Shown here: positions 27,942-36,153 of the stretch, in pieces
Layout: the number at the start of each line of letters is the position of its first letter
Position numbering within the stretch: the stretch's first letter is position 1
NCBI GenBank assembly: GCA_036401195.1
Contig: DASWVQ010000274.1
Coordinates: 14-64,013, forward strand
Length of the DNA stretch: 64,000 nt
Reading direction: 5' to 3'
DNA from: Gemmatimonadaceae bacterium
GTDB taxonomy: Bacteria > Gemmatimonadota > Gemmatimonadetes > Gemmatimonadales > Gemmatimonadaceae
Made by a program: the position numbers and the translations under genes
The notes under the pieces: generated by a model
The model's database searches: none
What the model was told of the DNA's origin: nothing
What the model saw: the letters and a program-made list of their open reading frames with translations, nothing else

Positions 27942-28661
27942 CTACCGCGGGATGAACCGCCACCGCGCCGTCACGAACGCCCCGATTGCCTGCTCCCCCG
28001 GCTCTACCGGCGTCGCCGCGTCGGCCTTCCCCCGTAGTGCCATCGACTCCGCATACATCACCGGCCGCCCGGGGTTCTGCGCGGTGCTCATCTCCAGCAG
28101 CTCGCCCAGCGAGCCACCGGCCGCCTGCGCCAGCACCTCGGCGTCGGCGCGCGACAGCGCCACCGCTTCCTTCAGCGCCTCCCGGCGAGCCGAATCCGCC
28201 TGCGAGGAGAAGAACGCCACCCCCTGGATCTCGTTCGACCCCTTCTTCAGCGCCGCGTCGATCACGGGCCCCACCTGCGCGATCTGGCGCACCTCCACCC
28301 GCACGGAGTTCCGGACGCTGTACCCCGTGATCGTGCTCTCCCCGGTCTGCTGGTTGTAGCGCATGTCCGGCGACACGTTGTACCCCGACGTGGTCAGCTG
28401 CTGCGGGGTGAACCCCATCTTCCGCAGCGTGTCCAGGATCGCCTGCTGCTTGCGGGCATTCTCCGCCCCGGCGGCCGCGGCCGTGGCACCACGCGTCATC
28501 ACCCCCACCGTCACGTACGCCCGGTCCGGGGTCACCTTCACCTCCCCGCTCGCCGAGACCGAAATGGAGGGCGTCGGCGTCGGCGGGCCACCCGCCGGCA
28601 GCTGCGCCACCAGCGGCGCCGCGCCGAGGAGTGAAAGGGCGATCGCATATCGCAGGGTCAT
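27942..28661 (-). CDS. SIMPL/DUF541-domain periplasmic protein (YggE-like)
   Basis: Signal peptide, then ISVSASGEVKVTPDRAYVTVGV ... GYSVRNSVRVEV ... pattern typical of DUF541. Confidence 0.8.
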   Translation of the reverse strand: MTLRYAIALSLLGAAPLVAQLPAGGPPTPTPSISVSASGEVKVTPDRAYVTVGVMTRGATAAAAGAENARKQQAILDTLRKMGFTPQQLTTSGYNVSPDMRYNQQTGESTITGYSVRNSVRVEVRQIAQVGPVIDAALKKGSNEIQGVAFFSSQADSARREALKEAVALSRADAEVLAQAAGGSLGELLEMSTAQNPGRPVMYAESMALRGKADAATPVEPGEQAIGAFVTARWRFIPR

Positions 28662-28748
28662 GTGTCTTCTCTCCCGTGTCCCGCGCCGCGCCCACCGGCG
28701 ACCGCTCGGTCGCCCGCGAAGTGCCGCGCTATTAGTGCTGAAGTGCTA

Positions 28749-30653
28749 CTAAACAGCCCGCCGCCGCCGCTCCAGCTCCACCGCCAGGTTCTGCAGGTCG
28801 GTGGGGCTCACTCCCGGTACCCGCGCCGCCTGGGCGAGGGTCCGCGGCTGCAGCGCCGCCAGCTTCTGCCGCGCCTCGAACGAGAGCGAGAGCATCGCCT
28901 CGTACGGAAGGTCCGCGGGGAGCCGCAGCTCCCCCATCCGCTGCAGCCGCTCCGCCTGCACGCGCTCGCGCGCGAAGTAGCCTTCGTACTTGAGCTCCAG
29001 CTCCACCGTCACCAGCGTGTCCGGCGGCACCGCAGCATCCACGCCGCTGGCGACGAACAGCTCCCCCAACCCCACCTCCTGCCGCTTCGCCACCTCCGCC
29101 ACCTTCATGGAATGCGGCAGGGGGGCGCTCCCGGCCCGCGCGAGCACGCTCGCCGCCTGCTCCGGGCGGATGCTCGTCTCCTCCGCGAGCCGGCGCGCGC
29201 GCCGCGCGGCGTCCTCGCGGGCGGCCACGATCCCGAGCTCCGCCGCCGAGTAGGCGCCGAGGGCCGCCGCGACCGGCGCGAGCCGCGCGAGCGCATTGTC
29301 CTGCCGCACGCTGAGGCGGAACTCCGACCGCGAAGTGAACAGTCGATAGGGCTCGTCGACCCCGCGCGTCACCAGGTCGTCCACCAGCACGCCGATGTAC
29401 GAGCGCTCGCGGCCCAGGATCAGCGGCGCGCGCCCCTGCACCGCGAGCGCCGCGTTGTAGCCCGCAACCACCCCCTGCCCCGCCGCCTCCTCGTACCCGG
29501 TCGTCCCGTTGACCTGCCCCGCGAAGAACAGCCCGGGAATCGCCTTCACCTGTAGCGTCGCGTCGAGCTGCGTCGGCGGATAGTAGTCGTACTCGATCGC
29601 GTATCCTGCGCGCGTCATGCGCACCGACTCCAGCCCGCGCACGCTGCGCAGCACCGCCACCTGCACCGCCGGGGGGAGCGACGTGGAGAGCCCGTTCACG
29701 TACAGCTCCTGCGTGTCGAGCCCCTCGGGCTCCAGGAAGAGCTGGTGCCGCGCCGCGTCGGGGAACTTCACGATCTTGTCCTCGACCGAGGGGCAGTAGC
29801 GGGGGCCGCGCGACGCGATCGCGCCGCCGTACATCGCCGACTCCCCGATGTGCGCCGCGATGAGCGCCTTCCCCGCTCCCTCCAGCCAGGTGAGCCAGCA
29901 GGGTTGCTGGGGCAGCGGGTCCGGCGCGCCGTCGTCCGCGTCGAAGTGACTCCAGCGGTAGCCGAACGCCTCGAGCTCACTCTCCTGGCGCGCGAGCGAC
30001 GAGAAGTCCACCGACCGCCCGTCGATGCGCGGCGGCGTGCCGGTCTTGAACCGCGCCACCTCGAGCCCTGCGCGCTCCAGCTGCTCGGCGAGGTGCGTGG
30101 TCGCCGCGTCCCCCGCGCGACCCCCGGAGAGCTGCGTCGTGGTGCCGATGTGGATCCGGCCGCGCCCGAAGGTGCCGGTGGTGATCACGACCGCGCGCGC
30201 CGCGAACCGTCGCCCTTCCAGCGTCTCGATCCCGGCGACGCGCCCTCCGTCGAGGACCAGGCGGGCCACGGTGCCCTGGATCGTCGTGAGCCCCGCGTGC
30301 GACTCGAGCAGCGACCGCACCGCGCGGCGGTACAGGCCGCGGTCGCACTGGGCGCGCGGCGCCCATACCGCCGGCCCCTTGCCGCGGTTGAGCATGCGGA
30401 ACTGCAGCGCCGCGCGATCCGTGGCGCGCCCCATGATGCCCCCGAGCGCATCCACCTCGCGGACCACGGTGCCCTTCGCGATGCCGCCGATCGCTGGATT
30501 GCACGACATCTGCCCGATCGTCTCGAGCGCGCTCGTCACCAGCGCCGTGCGCGCCCCGAGCCGCGCGGCGGCCACCGCGGCCTCCGTTCCCGCGTGGCCG
30601 CCCCCCACCACCAGGACGTCGAATTCTCCCTCGAAGCTGTGCACGTCGACCAT
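28749..30653 (-). CDS. mnmG: tRNA uridine 5-carboxymethylaminomethyl modification enzyme MnmG (GidA)
   Basis: FDVLVVGGGHAGTEAA FAD motif, IGQMSCNPAIGG, FFAGQVNGTTGYEEAAGQG. Confidence 0.96.
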   Translation of the reverse strand: MVDVHSFEGEFDVLVVGGGHAGTEAAVAAARLGARTALVTSALETIGQMSCNPAIGGIAKGTVVREVDALGGIMGRATDRAALQFRMLNRGKGPAVWAPRAQCDRGLYRRAVRSLLESHAGLTTIQGTVARLVLDGGRVAGIETLEGRRFAARAVVITTGTFGRGRIHIGTTTQLSGGRAGDAATTHLAEQLERAGLEVARFKTGTPPRIDGRSVDFSSLARQESELEAFGYRWSHFDADDGAPDPLPQQPCWLTWLEGAGKALIAAHIGESAMYGGAIASRGPRYCPSVEDKIVKFPDAARHQLFLEPEGLDTQELYVNGLSTSLPPAVQVAVLRSVRGLESVRMTRAGYAIEYDYYPPTQLDATLQVKAIPGLFFAGQVNGTTGYEEAAGQGVVAGYNAALAVQGRAPLILGRERSYIGVLVDDLVTRGVDEPYRLFTSRSEFRLSVRQDNALARLAPVAAALGAYSAAELGIVAAREDAARRARRLAEETSIRPEQAASVLARAGSAPLPHSMKVAEVAKRQEVGLGELFVASGVDAAVPPDTLVTVELELKYEGYFARERVQAERLQRMGELRLPADLPYEAMLSLSFEARQKLAALQPRTLAQAARVPGVSPTDLQNLAVELERRRRAV

Positions 30654-30705
30654 GGCCGAAAGCTACTCGCCGGGATAACGTCAGGGGTCCTTCCCCAGTG
30701 GGTCC

Positions 30706-32115
30706 ATGAACCGCTTCCGCTCCTCTCGCCGCCGCGCGCTTCCCGCCGCCGCGGTCCTCGTCCTGTCGCTCGCCGCCGCCTGCCAGCCGCACCCCGGCCC
30801 GGGCGCCGTCCCCGAGCGTGTCCCCGGCTCCGTGCTCCAGCCGGTGCCGACGGTGGGGATCATTCCCGCCACCCTCACCCCCGCGGAAACGGCGGTGCGC
30901 GACGCCGTCGCCACGCAGCTCGAGCGGCACGTCACCCTGCTCGAGCAGGCGGTGAACATCGCCAGCGGCACCACCAACCACGCCGGGGTTCGCGCCGTCG
31001 GTGCCCTCTTCGCCCGCGAGCTCGAGGCGCTGGGGTTCACCACCCGCTGGGTGTCGCTTCCCGATTCCCTGCACCGGGCCGGCCACCTCGTCGCGGAGCA
31101 TCCGGGCACCCGCGGCCTGCGCCTCCTGCTGATCGGGCACCTCGACACCGTGTTCGAGGGGGAGAACCAGCGCTGGGTGCGCGAGGACACCATCGCCCGC
31201 GGCGCGGGGAGCAGCGACATGAAGGGAGGCGACGTCGCGATCATCCTCGCCCTCCGGGCCCTGCGCGACGCGGGGCAGCTCGACGGGATGCGCGTCTCGG
31301 TGATCATGACCGGCGACGAGGAGGACGCGGGCACCCCCACCTCGATCTCGCGCGCCGCGATGGTGGACCTGGCGCGCCGCTCCGACGTGGCCCTCGCCTT
31401 CGAGGGTGGCTCGCGCTCGTGGATCTCGGTGAGCCGGCGCGGCTCCTCCAGCTGGACCCTCAAGGTGACCGCGCGACAGGCGCACTCCGCGGGCAGCTGC
31501 CGCGAGCGGGTGGGGTGCGGCGCCATCTACGAAGGCGCGCGCATCCTCGAGGCCTTCCGTGCCCGCCTGGGGAACTGGGAGGGGCTGACCTTCAACGCCG
31601 CCGAGGTGGGGGGAGGCACCAGGGTCGTGGTGGACAGCCTGAACCGGCTCACGGTCGAGGGACGCACCAACATCATCCCCCCCGCGTTCTGGGCCACGGG
31701 CGACCTCCGGTTCATGCGCGACGCCCAGCTCGACTCGGCGCGCGCCGTGATGCGCGACATCGTGGCGCATCCCCTCCCGGAGACGCAGTCCGAGATCACC
31801 TTCGATCCGGAATACTACCCCGCAATGCCGGCCACGCCGGCGGGGGCGCGCCTCGTGGCCGAGTTCGACGCGGTGAACCGCGCCCTGGGCTACGGCCCGG
31901 CGCGCGCCCAGGACCCGATGTCGCGCGGCGCGGGCGACGTGAGCTTCATCGCCCCCATCATCCCGGGGATGGACGGACTCGGCGTGAGCGGGGGCGGATC
32001 GCACTCGCCCAACGAATGGGTGAACCTCAACTCGCTTCGCATGGCCGCCGAGCGCGCCGCGGTCCTCATGTCGCGGCTCGCCCAGCCGGGCGCCTCCATC
32101 TCCACCGGACCCTGA
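30706..32115 (+). CDS. M20-family metallopeptidase (carboxypeptidase G2-like), secreted/lipoprotein
   Basis: Signal with LAAAC, LLIGHLDTVF, GAGSSDMKGGDV, TGDEE motifs. Confidence 0.85.
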   Translation: MNRFRSSRRRALPAAAVLVLSLAAACQPHPGPGAVPERVPGSVLQPVPTVGIIPATLTPAETAVRDAVATQLERHVTLLEQAVNIASGTTNHAGVRAVGALFARELEALGFTTRWVSLPDSLHRAGHLVAEHPGTRGLRLLLIGHLDTVFEGENQRWVREDTIARGAGSSDMKGGDVAIILALRALRDAGQLDGMRVSVIMTGDEEDAGTPTSISRAAMVDLARRSDVALAFEGGSRSWISVSRRGSSSWTLKVTARQAHSAGSCRERVGCGAIYEGARILEAFRARLGNWEGLTFNAAEVGGGTRVVVDSLNRLTVEGRTNIIPPAFWATGDLRFMRDAQLDSARAVMRDIVAHPLPETQSEITFDPEYYPAMPATPAGARLVAEFDAVNRALGYGPARAQDPMSRGAGDVSFIAPIIPGMDGLGVSGGGSHSPNEWVNLNSLRMAAERAAVLMSRLAQPGASISTGP

Positions 32116-32117
32116 TC

Positions 32118-32402
32118 ATGGCCCTTCCGATCGCCGCCAGCGCCCCCACGCTGGTCATCCGCCGCGATGCCTACGAACGCACCGGCCTCACCCGCCAGCA
32201 GGTGGACGAGCGGCTGGGGCTCACCGACGAGGAGTTCCGCGTGGAGGGGAACGTCGTCGTGCTCGGACCCGTCTTCGAGGACCTGGGCCCCGTGATCGAG
32301 GAATTCGAGAAGGTGGGGCTGGTCTACTTCGAGGACTTCTTCGAGCTCCCCGGCGGCTGGCCCGGATGGGTCCAGGTGCTCGTCGCGCCGGGGCGGGGAT
32401 AG
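32118..32402 (+). CDS. hypothetical 94-aa acidic protein
   Basis: ATG 3 nt after the M20 stop; C-terminal part of long ORF 29745..32402; no recognisable domain. Confidence 0.45.
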   Translation: MALPIAASAPTLVIRRDAYERTGLTRQQVDERLGLTDEEFRVEGNVVVLGPVFEDLGPVIEEFEKVGLVYFEDFFELPGGWPGWVQVLVAPGRG

Positions 32403-32647
32403 GGTTCGTCGGGCGTCGGCCGCCGCTTCCGCAGCGTCCCCTCCCACCCGCAGGCGGGGCACCAGCTCGCGCGCAGGAAGGGGGCGAGCCGCTCCATCGC
32501 GCGCGATTCCACCCGCAGCGTCTCCGCGTCGCAGTTGGGACAGCGACCCTGGTCGTCGAGCAGGAACAGGAAGAACGCCGTCGCCGCCGCGAAGCGGAGG
32601 ATGAAGAAGCCGACGAAGATGGCGGCGAAGATCAGCGCGTGCTGCAT
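32324..32647 (-). CDS. small membrane protein with CxxC...CxxC zinc-ribbon
   Basis: MQHALIFAAIFVGFFILRFAAATAFFLFLL TM segment, then CPNC...CPAC. Starts at Met31 of ORF 32324..32737. Confidence 0.5.
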   Translation of the reverse strand: MQHALIFAAIFVGFFILRFAAATAFFLFLLDDQGRCPNCDAETLRVESRAMERLAPFLRASWCPACGWEGTLRKRRPTPDEPYPRPGATSTWTHPGQPPGSSKKSSK

Positions 32648-32697
32648 GGACCGGGGTGACGCGGAATCCGGGCCAGACCCCACCCGGCCACGGCCCC

Positions 32698-33237
32698 TTA
32701 CAGCCGCTCCTCCACCAGGTGCCACGGCTCCACCCACGCCGTGCCGCTCTCGTCCAGGCGCTCGATCACCACCTCGTCCCCGAGCCCGGCCGTCGCGCCA
32801 TCCAGTCCCCGCGCCGGCACCACGTGCTCACGCCCCTCGAGAAGGTATGAGATCTCGCCGGGGGCGTCGGGAGTGATGGACCGGACGACCGTGGCCACGT
32901 GCCCCTGGAGCACGTAGCGGGGATCGTCGGGGTCGTGCTCGGGGACGAAGGCCACGGCCCGGCGCACGAGCCACAGCGCGCCCGCGGCGGCGACGGCCCC
33001 TGCCCCCACCGCGAGCCCGCTGCCGGCCGGCACGTCGAGCCGGCCCGGTCGCGTCGCCAGGTAGCCCACCAGCCCGGCGATGATCGCGAACGCGGCGAGC
33101 ACCGCGGTCCAGGTGGCGCGTGCCGGCTCGACCGGCGGCGCGGCGCCCAGCGGCGCCTGGCGCTCCACGCCGAACAGCATGGCGCGGACCCCGAGCAGGA
33201 GCCCCGCCACGAAGGTGAAGAGGAAGACCGCGGTCAT
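32698..33237 (-). CDS. NfeD-like membrane protein with C-terminal OB-fold
   Basis: Three TM segments, then GHVATVVRSITPDAPGEISYLLEGREHVVPAR...GDEVVIERL. Confidence 0.6.
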   Translation of the reverse strand: MTAVFLFTFVAGLLLGVRAMLFGVERQAPLGAAPPVEPARATWTAVLAAFAIIAGLVGYLATRPGRLDVPAGSGLAVGAGAVAAAGALWLVRRAVAFVPEHDPDDPRYVLQGHVATVVRSITPDAPGEISYLLEGREHVVPARGLDGATAGLGDEVVIERLDESGTAWVEPWHLVEERL

Positions 33238-34079
33238 GTCCCGAGATGCTTCCGCAGGAACGCGATGGTGAGCGGCCAGGCCTTCTGCGTCGCCGCGAGG
33301 TTGGCCCCGTCCTTCCCGTCCTGCTGCCGCAGGAACCCGTGCCCCGCGCCGTCGAAGATGTTCACGCTGAAGGTCCCCCCGCGGGCGCGCATGGTGGAGT
33401 CGGCGGCGGGGATGGTCGCGTTGACCCGCGCGTCGTCACCGCCGAAGAGCCCGATCACGGGGACGCGGATCCTGGCGACCTGCGCCGGCGCCGGCGCGGT
33501 GCCGTAGTACACCACCGCGGCCTTCAGCCCCGCGGGGTTCGCCACGGCCGCCTGGAACGAGGTGCTCCCTCCCCAGCAGAAGCCGAGCGTCGCCCACGCC
33601 CGCTGCGCGGCGGGGAGCTGCATCCCCCACGTCCCCACGGCGGCGAGCTGCCGCTGCACGTCGTCGGGCTTGAGCGTGCGGATGGCCGCGGTCGCGGCGG
33701 CCTGCGTCGCGGTGTCGCCCTGCAGCGGCACCTTGCCCGTGAGCAGGTCCGGGGCGATGGCGATGTAGCCCTGCGCCGCCAGCTGGTCGGCCACCGACCG
33801 GATCCAGGTGGAGAGCCCGAAGATCTCGTGGATCACCACGACCACCGGTGCCTTGTCCTTCCGCTCCGGGTACACCACCCACGCGCGCACGCTGTCCTGC
33901 GGGCCGGTGCGGATCATCGCCCACTCGCCGTGCCGCGGCGAGCCGGCGATTCGCGTGCCCGACTCCACGCTCCCGGCGGGAAGGGCATTCGCCGGCGCGC
34001 TCGCGCTGCGCGCGCCGGAATTCGCGCAGGCCGCGGCGGCGACCAGCAGGAGGGCGGGAATGAAGGGGCGGCGGGTCAT
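33234..34079 (-). CDS. dienelactone hydrolase family protein, secreted
   Basis: VVVIHEIFGL, GFCWGG nucleophile elbow, FDGAGHGF. Confidence 0.85.
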   Translation of the reverse strand: MTRRPFIPALLLVAAAACANSGARSASAPANALPAGSVESGTRIAGSPRHGEWAMIRTGPQDSVRAWVVYPERKDKAPVVVVIHEIFGLSTWIRSVADQLAAQGYIAIAPDLLTGKVPLQGDTATQAAATAAIRTLKPDDVQRQLAAVGTWGMQLPAAQRAWATLGFCWGGSTSFQAAVANPAGLKAAVVYYGTAPAPAQVARIRVPVIGLFGGDDARVNATIPAADSTMRARGGTFSVNIFDGAGHGFLRQQDGKDGANLAATQKAWPLTIAFLRKHLGT

Positions 34080-34104
34080 GGGCGGTCTCCAGGCATCGTG
34101 GGGG

Positions 34105-34794
34105 TCAGCGGATCACGCGGTCGAATCGCACCGGGTCGGGCACGTCGTACGAGAAGTGCCACCATTCCTGCGCGTAGTTCACCCACCCTTCCGACTCCAT
34201 CAGTCGCTTGAGGGTCGCGCGGTTGCGCGCGACGACACCGGTGGCGTTGGCGGTATGGGCCGCGGGTGAGAACGTATCGAAGGGCGTTCCCATGGCAAGC
34301 TCGCCTCCCGTGTCACGCGCCACGAGGGTGAGGTCGATGGCGACGCCGAGGTTGTGCCGCGACCGGCTGGCGATGTAGCCGTCGCGCACGAGGTGCTCGC
34401 GCCCCACGCGCTGCGTCCACGCGACCATCGCCTCGGTGGCGCGCACCGGCCGGTAGCCGTCCCACACCTTCAGGCGGTAGCCTTCCGCGAGGGCGCGGCG
34501 CTGCACGCGCGCGAGCGCCGCCGCGGCCTCGCGACGCAGGAAGGCGCGGTTGGCCTCGTACCCCGGCAGTGGCGCGCCGGTGAAGTTGTCGTTCGTCGCA
34601 TACCGAAGCTCCACCACGATCGACGAGTCGAGGGTGCGGAGCTCGGTGAGCAGCGTGTCCGCCGCGGCGTCCGGTGCCACGGCCAGCGCCCCCGTGTTCA
34701 CGGGCGGCGCGGCCGGGGGCGTCGCGGGGCGCACCGAGCAGCCCGCGGCCGCGGCGGTGAGGAGCAGCAACACCGGTCTCGTGCAGGAGCGCAT
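34105..34794 (-). CDS. D-alanyl-D-alanine dipeptidase (M15D, VanX/DdpX-like) lipoprotein
   Basis: LRYATNDNFTG, VWDGYRP, SRHNLGVAIDL, EWWHF motifs. Start at Met13 overlapping the upstream stop (TGATG). Confidence 0.85.
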   Translation of the reverse strand: MRSCTRPVLLLLTAAAAGCSVRPATPPAAPPVNTGALAVAPDAAADTLLTELRTLDSSIVVELRYATNDNFTGAPLPGYEANRAFLRREAAAALARVQRRALAEGYRLKVWDGYRPVRATEAMVAWTQRVGREHLVRDGYIASRSRHNLGVAIDLTLVARDTGGELAMGTPFDTFSPAAHTANATGVVARNRATLKRLMESEGWVNYAQEWWHFSYDVPDPVRFDRVIR

Positions 34795-35771
34795 CAGAGA
34801 GTCTCCGAAAGGAACTGCAATGCCCGCCATTCACCCCAGTAGCGGCTGCGCCAGGGAACGACGCCGCTCACGAAGCCCACATGCCCGCCACGGGCCACGA
34901 ACTCCAGCGCCAGCGCCGGGTTCCCCGCCGCGATCACCCGCACCTCGTCGAGCACCTCGCGCGGAAGGAAGGGGTCGTCTTCCGCGCTGAGCAGCAGCGT
35001 GGGCAGGCGGATGTCGCGAAGGTACCCGATGGAGCTGGAGCGCCGGTAGTAGTCCGCCGCGTCGGCGAAGCCGTGCAGCGGCGCGGTGACCGCCTCGTCG
35101 AACTCCCACAGCGTGCGGGCCCGTAGCACGGCGTCGCGATCGAAGGCGCCCGGAAAGCGGTCGAGCTTCCGCAGCGCCTTCTCCCTGAGCGAGCGCAGGA
35201 AGTGACGCTCGTATATCTGCGAGACCCCTTGCGAGATGTGGCGGCAGCCGCGCGCGAGGTCGTACGGCACGGACACCGCCGCCGCCCCCTTCACCTGCGC
35301 GGGCACCGCCTTCCCGCGCTCCCCCAGCCACTTGAGGAGGACGTTTCCCCCGAGGGAAACGCCCGCGAGCACCCGGGGAACATCCGGTTCGCTCTCCAGC
35401 AGGCGCCCGAGCACGAAATCGAGGTCGGTGGTCTCCCCCGAGTGGTAGAAGCGGGGCTGCCGGTTCAGCTCGCCGTTGCACCCCCGGAAGACCAGCAGGT
35501 CCATCCCCCAGCCGCGGGCCAGCGACTCCGCCGCGAAGTTCGCCACGTAATGGGAGTGGAGCCCCCCCTCGAGGCCGTGCAGGAGGAGCAGGCGGGGCTC
35601 GTCGGCCGCGGCGCCGGGGGCGTCGATCCGGCGGAGCTCCACGTCATCGTCGTCCGGGGTGGTGAACCGCTCCACGCGGGCGGGCAGCGCGAGGCGCCGG
35701 CCGCTCAGCCGGCCCCACAGCGTCTTCAGGTGCGGTCCCGGCGCGAACCAGGCGGGATGATAATGGCGCAT
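34794..35771 (-). CDS. alpha/beta hydrolase, YheT/ABHD-type
   Basis: MRHYHPAWFAPGPHLKTLWG..., LLHGLEGG, GVSLGGN nucleophile motif. Confidence 0.85.
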   Translation of the reverse strand: MRHYHPAWFAPGPHLKTLWGRLSGRRLALPARVERFTTPDDDDVELRRIDAPGAAADEPRLLLLHGLEGGLHSHYVANFAAESLARGWGMDLLVFRGCNGELNRQPRFYHSGETTDLDFVLGRLLESEPDVPRVLAGVSLGGNVLLKWLGERGKAVPAQVKGAAAVSVPYDLARGCRHISQGVSQIYERHFLRSLREKALRKLDRFPGAFDRDAVLRARTLWEFDEAVTAPLHGFADAADYYRRSSSIGYLRDIRLPTLLLSAEDDPFLPREVLDEVRVIAAGNPALALEFVARGGHVGFVSGVVPWRSRYWGEWRALQFLSETL

Positions 35772-35799
35772 GCTGCCCGGAAGTTATCTTGTCCCACCT

Positions 35800-36153
35800 A
35801 TGGAAGTTCAGATCTTCGGCGTGAAGAAGAGCGCCGACACCCGCAAGGCCCAGCGCTTCTTCTCCGATCGCCGGATCAAGGCGCATTTCGTCGACCTCGA
35901 CGAGAAGGCGCCCGCGGCGGGGGAGCTGAAGCGCTTCATCCAGAAGTTCGGGATCGACACGCTGATCGATCGCGAGGGCAAGCGGTTCCAGGAGCTGGGG
36001 CTCCGCCACTCCACACTTTCCGAGCAGCGCTGGATCGACAAGCTCATGCTGGAGCCGCTGCTCCTCAAGCTTCCCCTCGTCCGCCAGCTCGGGGGGAACG
36101 GACTGACCATCGGGCTCGCCGAGGCGACCTGGAAGGAGTGGGTACAGACGTGA
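35800..36153 (+). CDS. ArsC/Spx-superfamily protein lacking the N-terminal cysteines
   Basis: MEVQIFGVKKSADTRKAQRFF aligns with ArsC/YffB MxIYGIKNCDTCKKA, with Cys replaced by Ser/Arg. Start at Met11 of ORF 35770..36153. Confidence 0.65.
   Translation: MEVQIFGVKKSADTRKAQRFFSDRRIKAHFVDLDEKAPAAGELKRFIQKFGIDTLIDREGKRFQELGLRHSTLSEQRWIDKLMLEPLLLKLPLVRQLGGNGLTIGLAEATWKEWVQT

Noticed and set aside
27366-28037. ORFs in the parA upstream gap (27366..28037, 27395..27637, 27559..27894 plus strand; 27420..27875, 27467..27865 minus strand).
   Set aside because: There is no SD or plausible start context, and the translations are dominated by repeat-derived and Arg-rich strings. One runs into the convergent SIMPL gene. 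I treat the region as non-coding.
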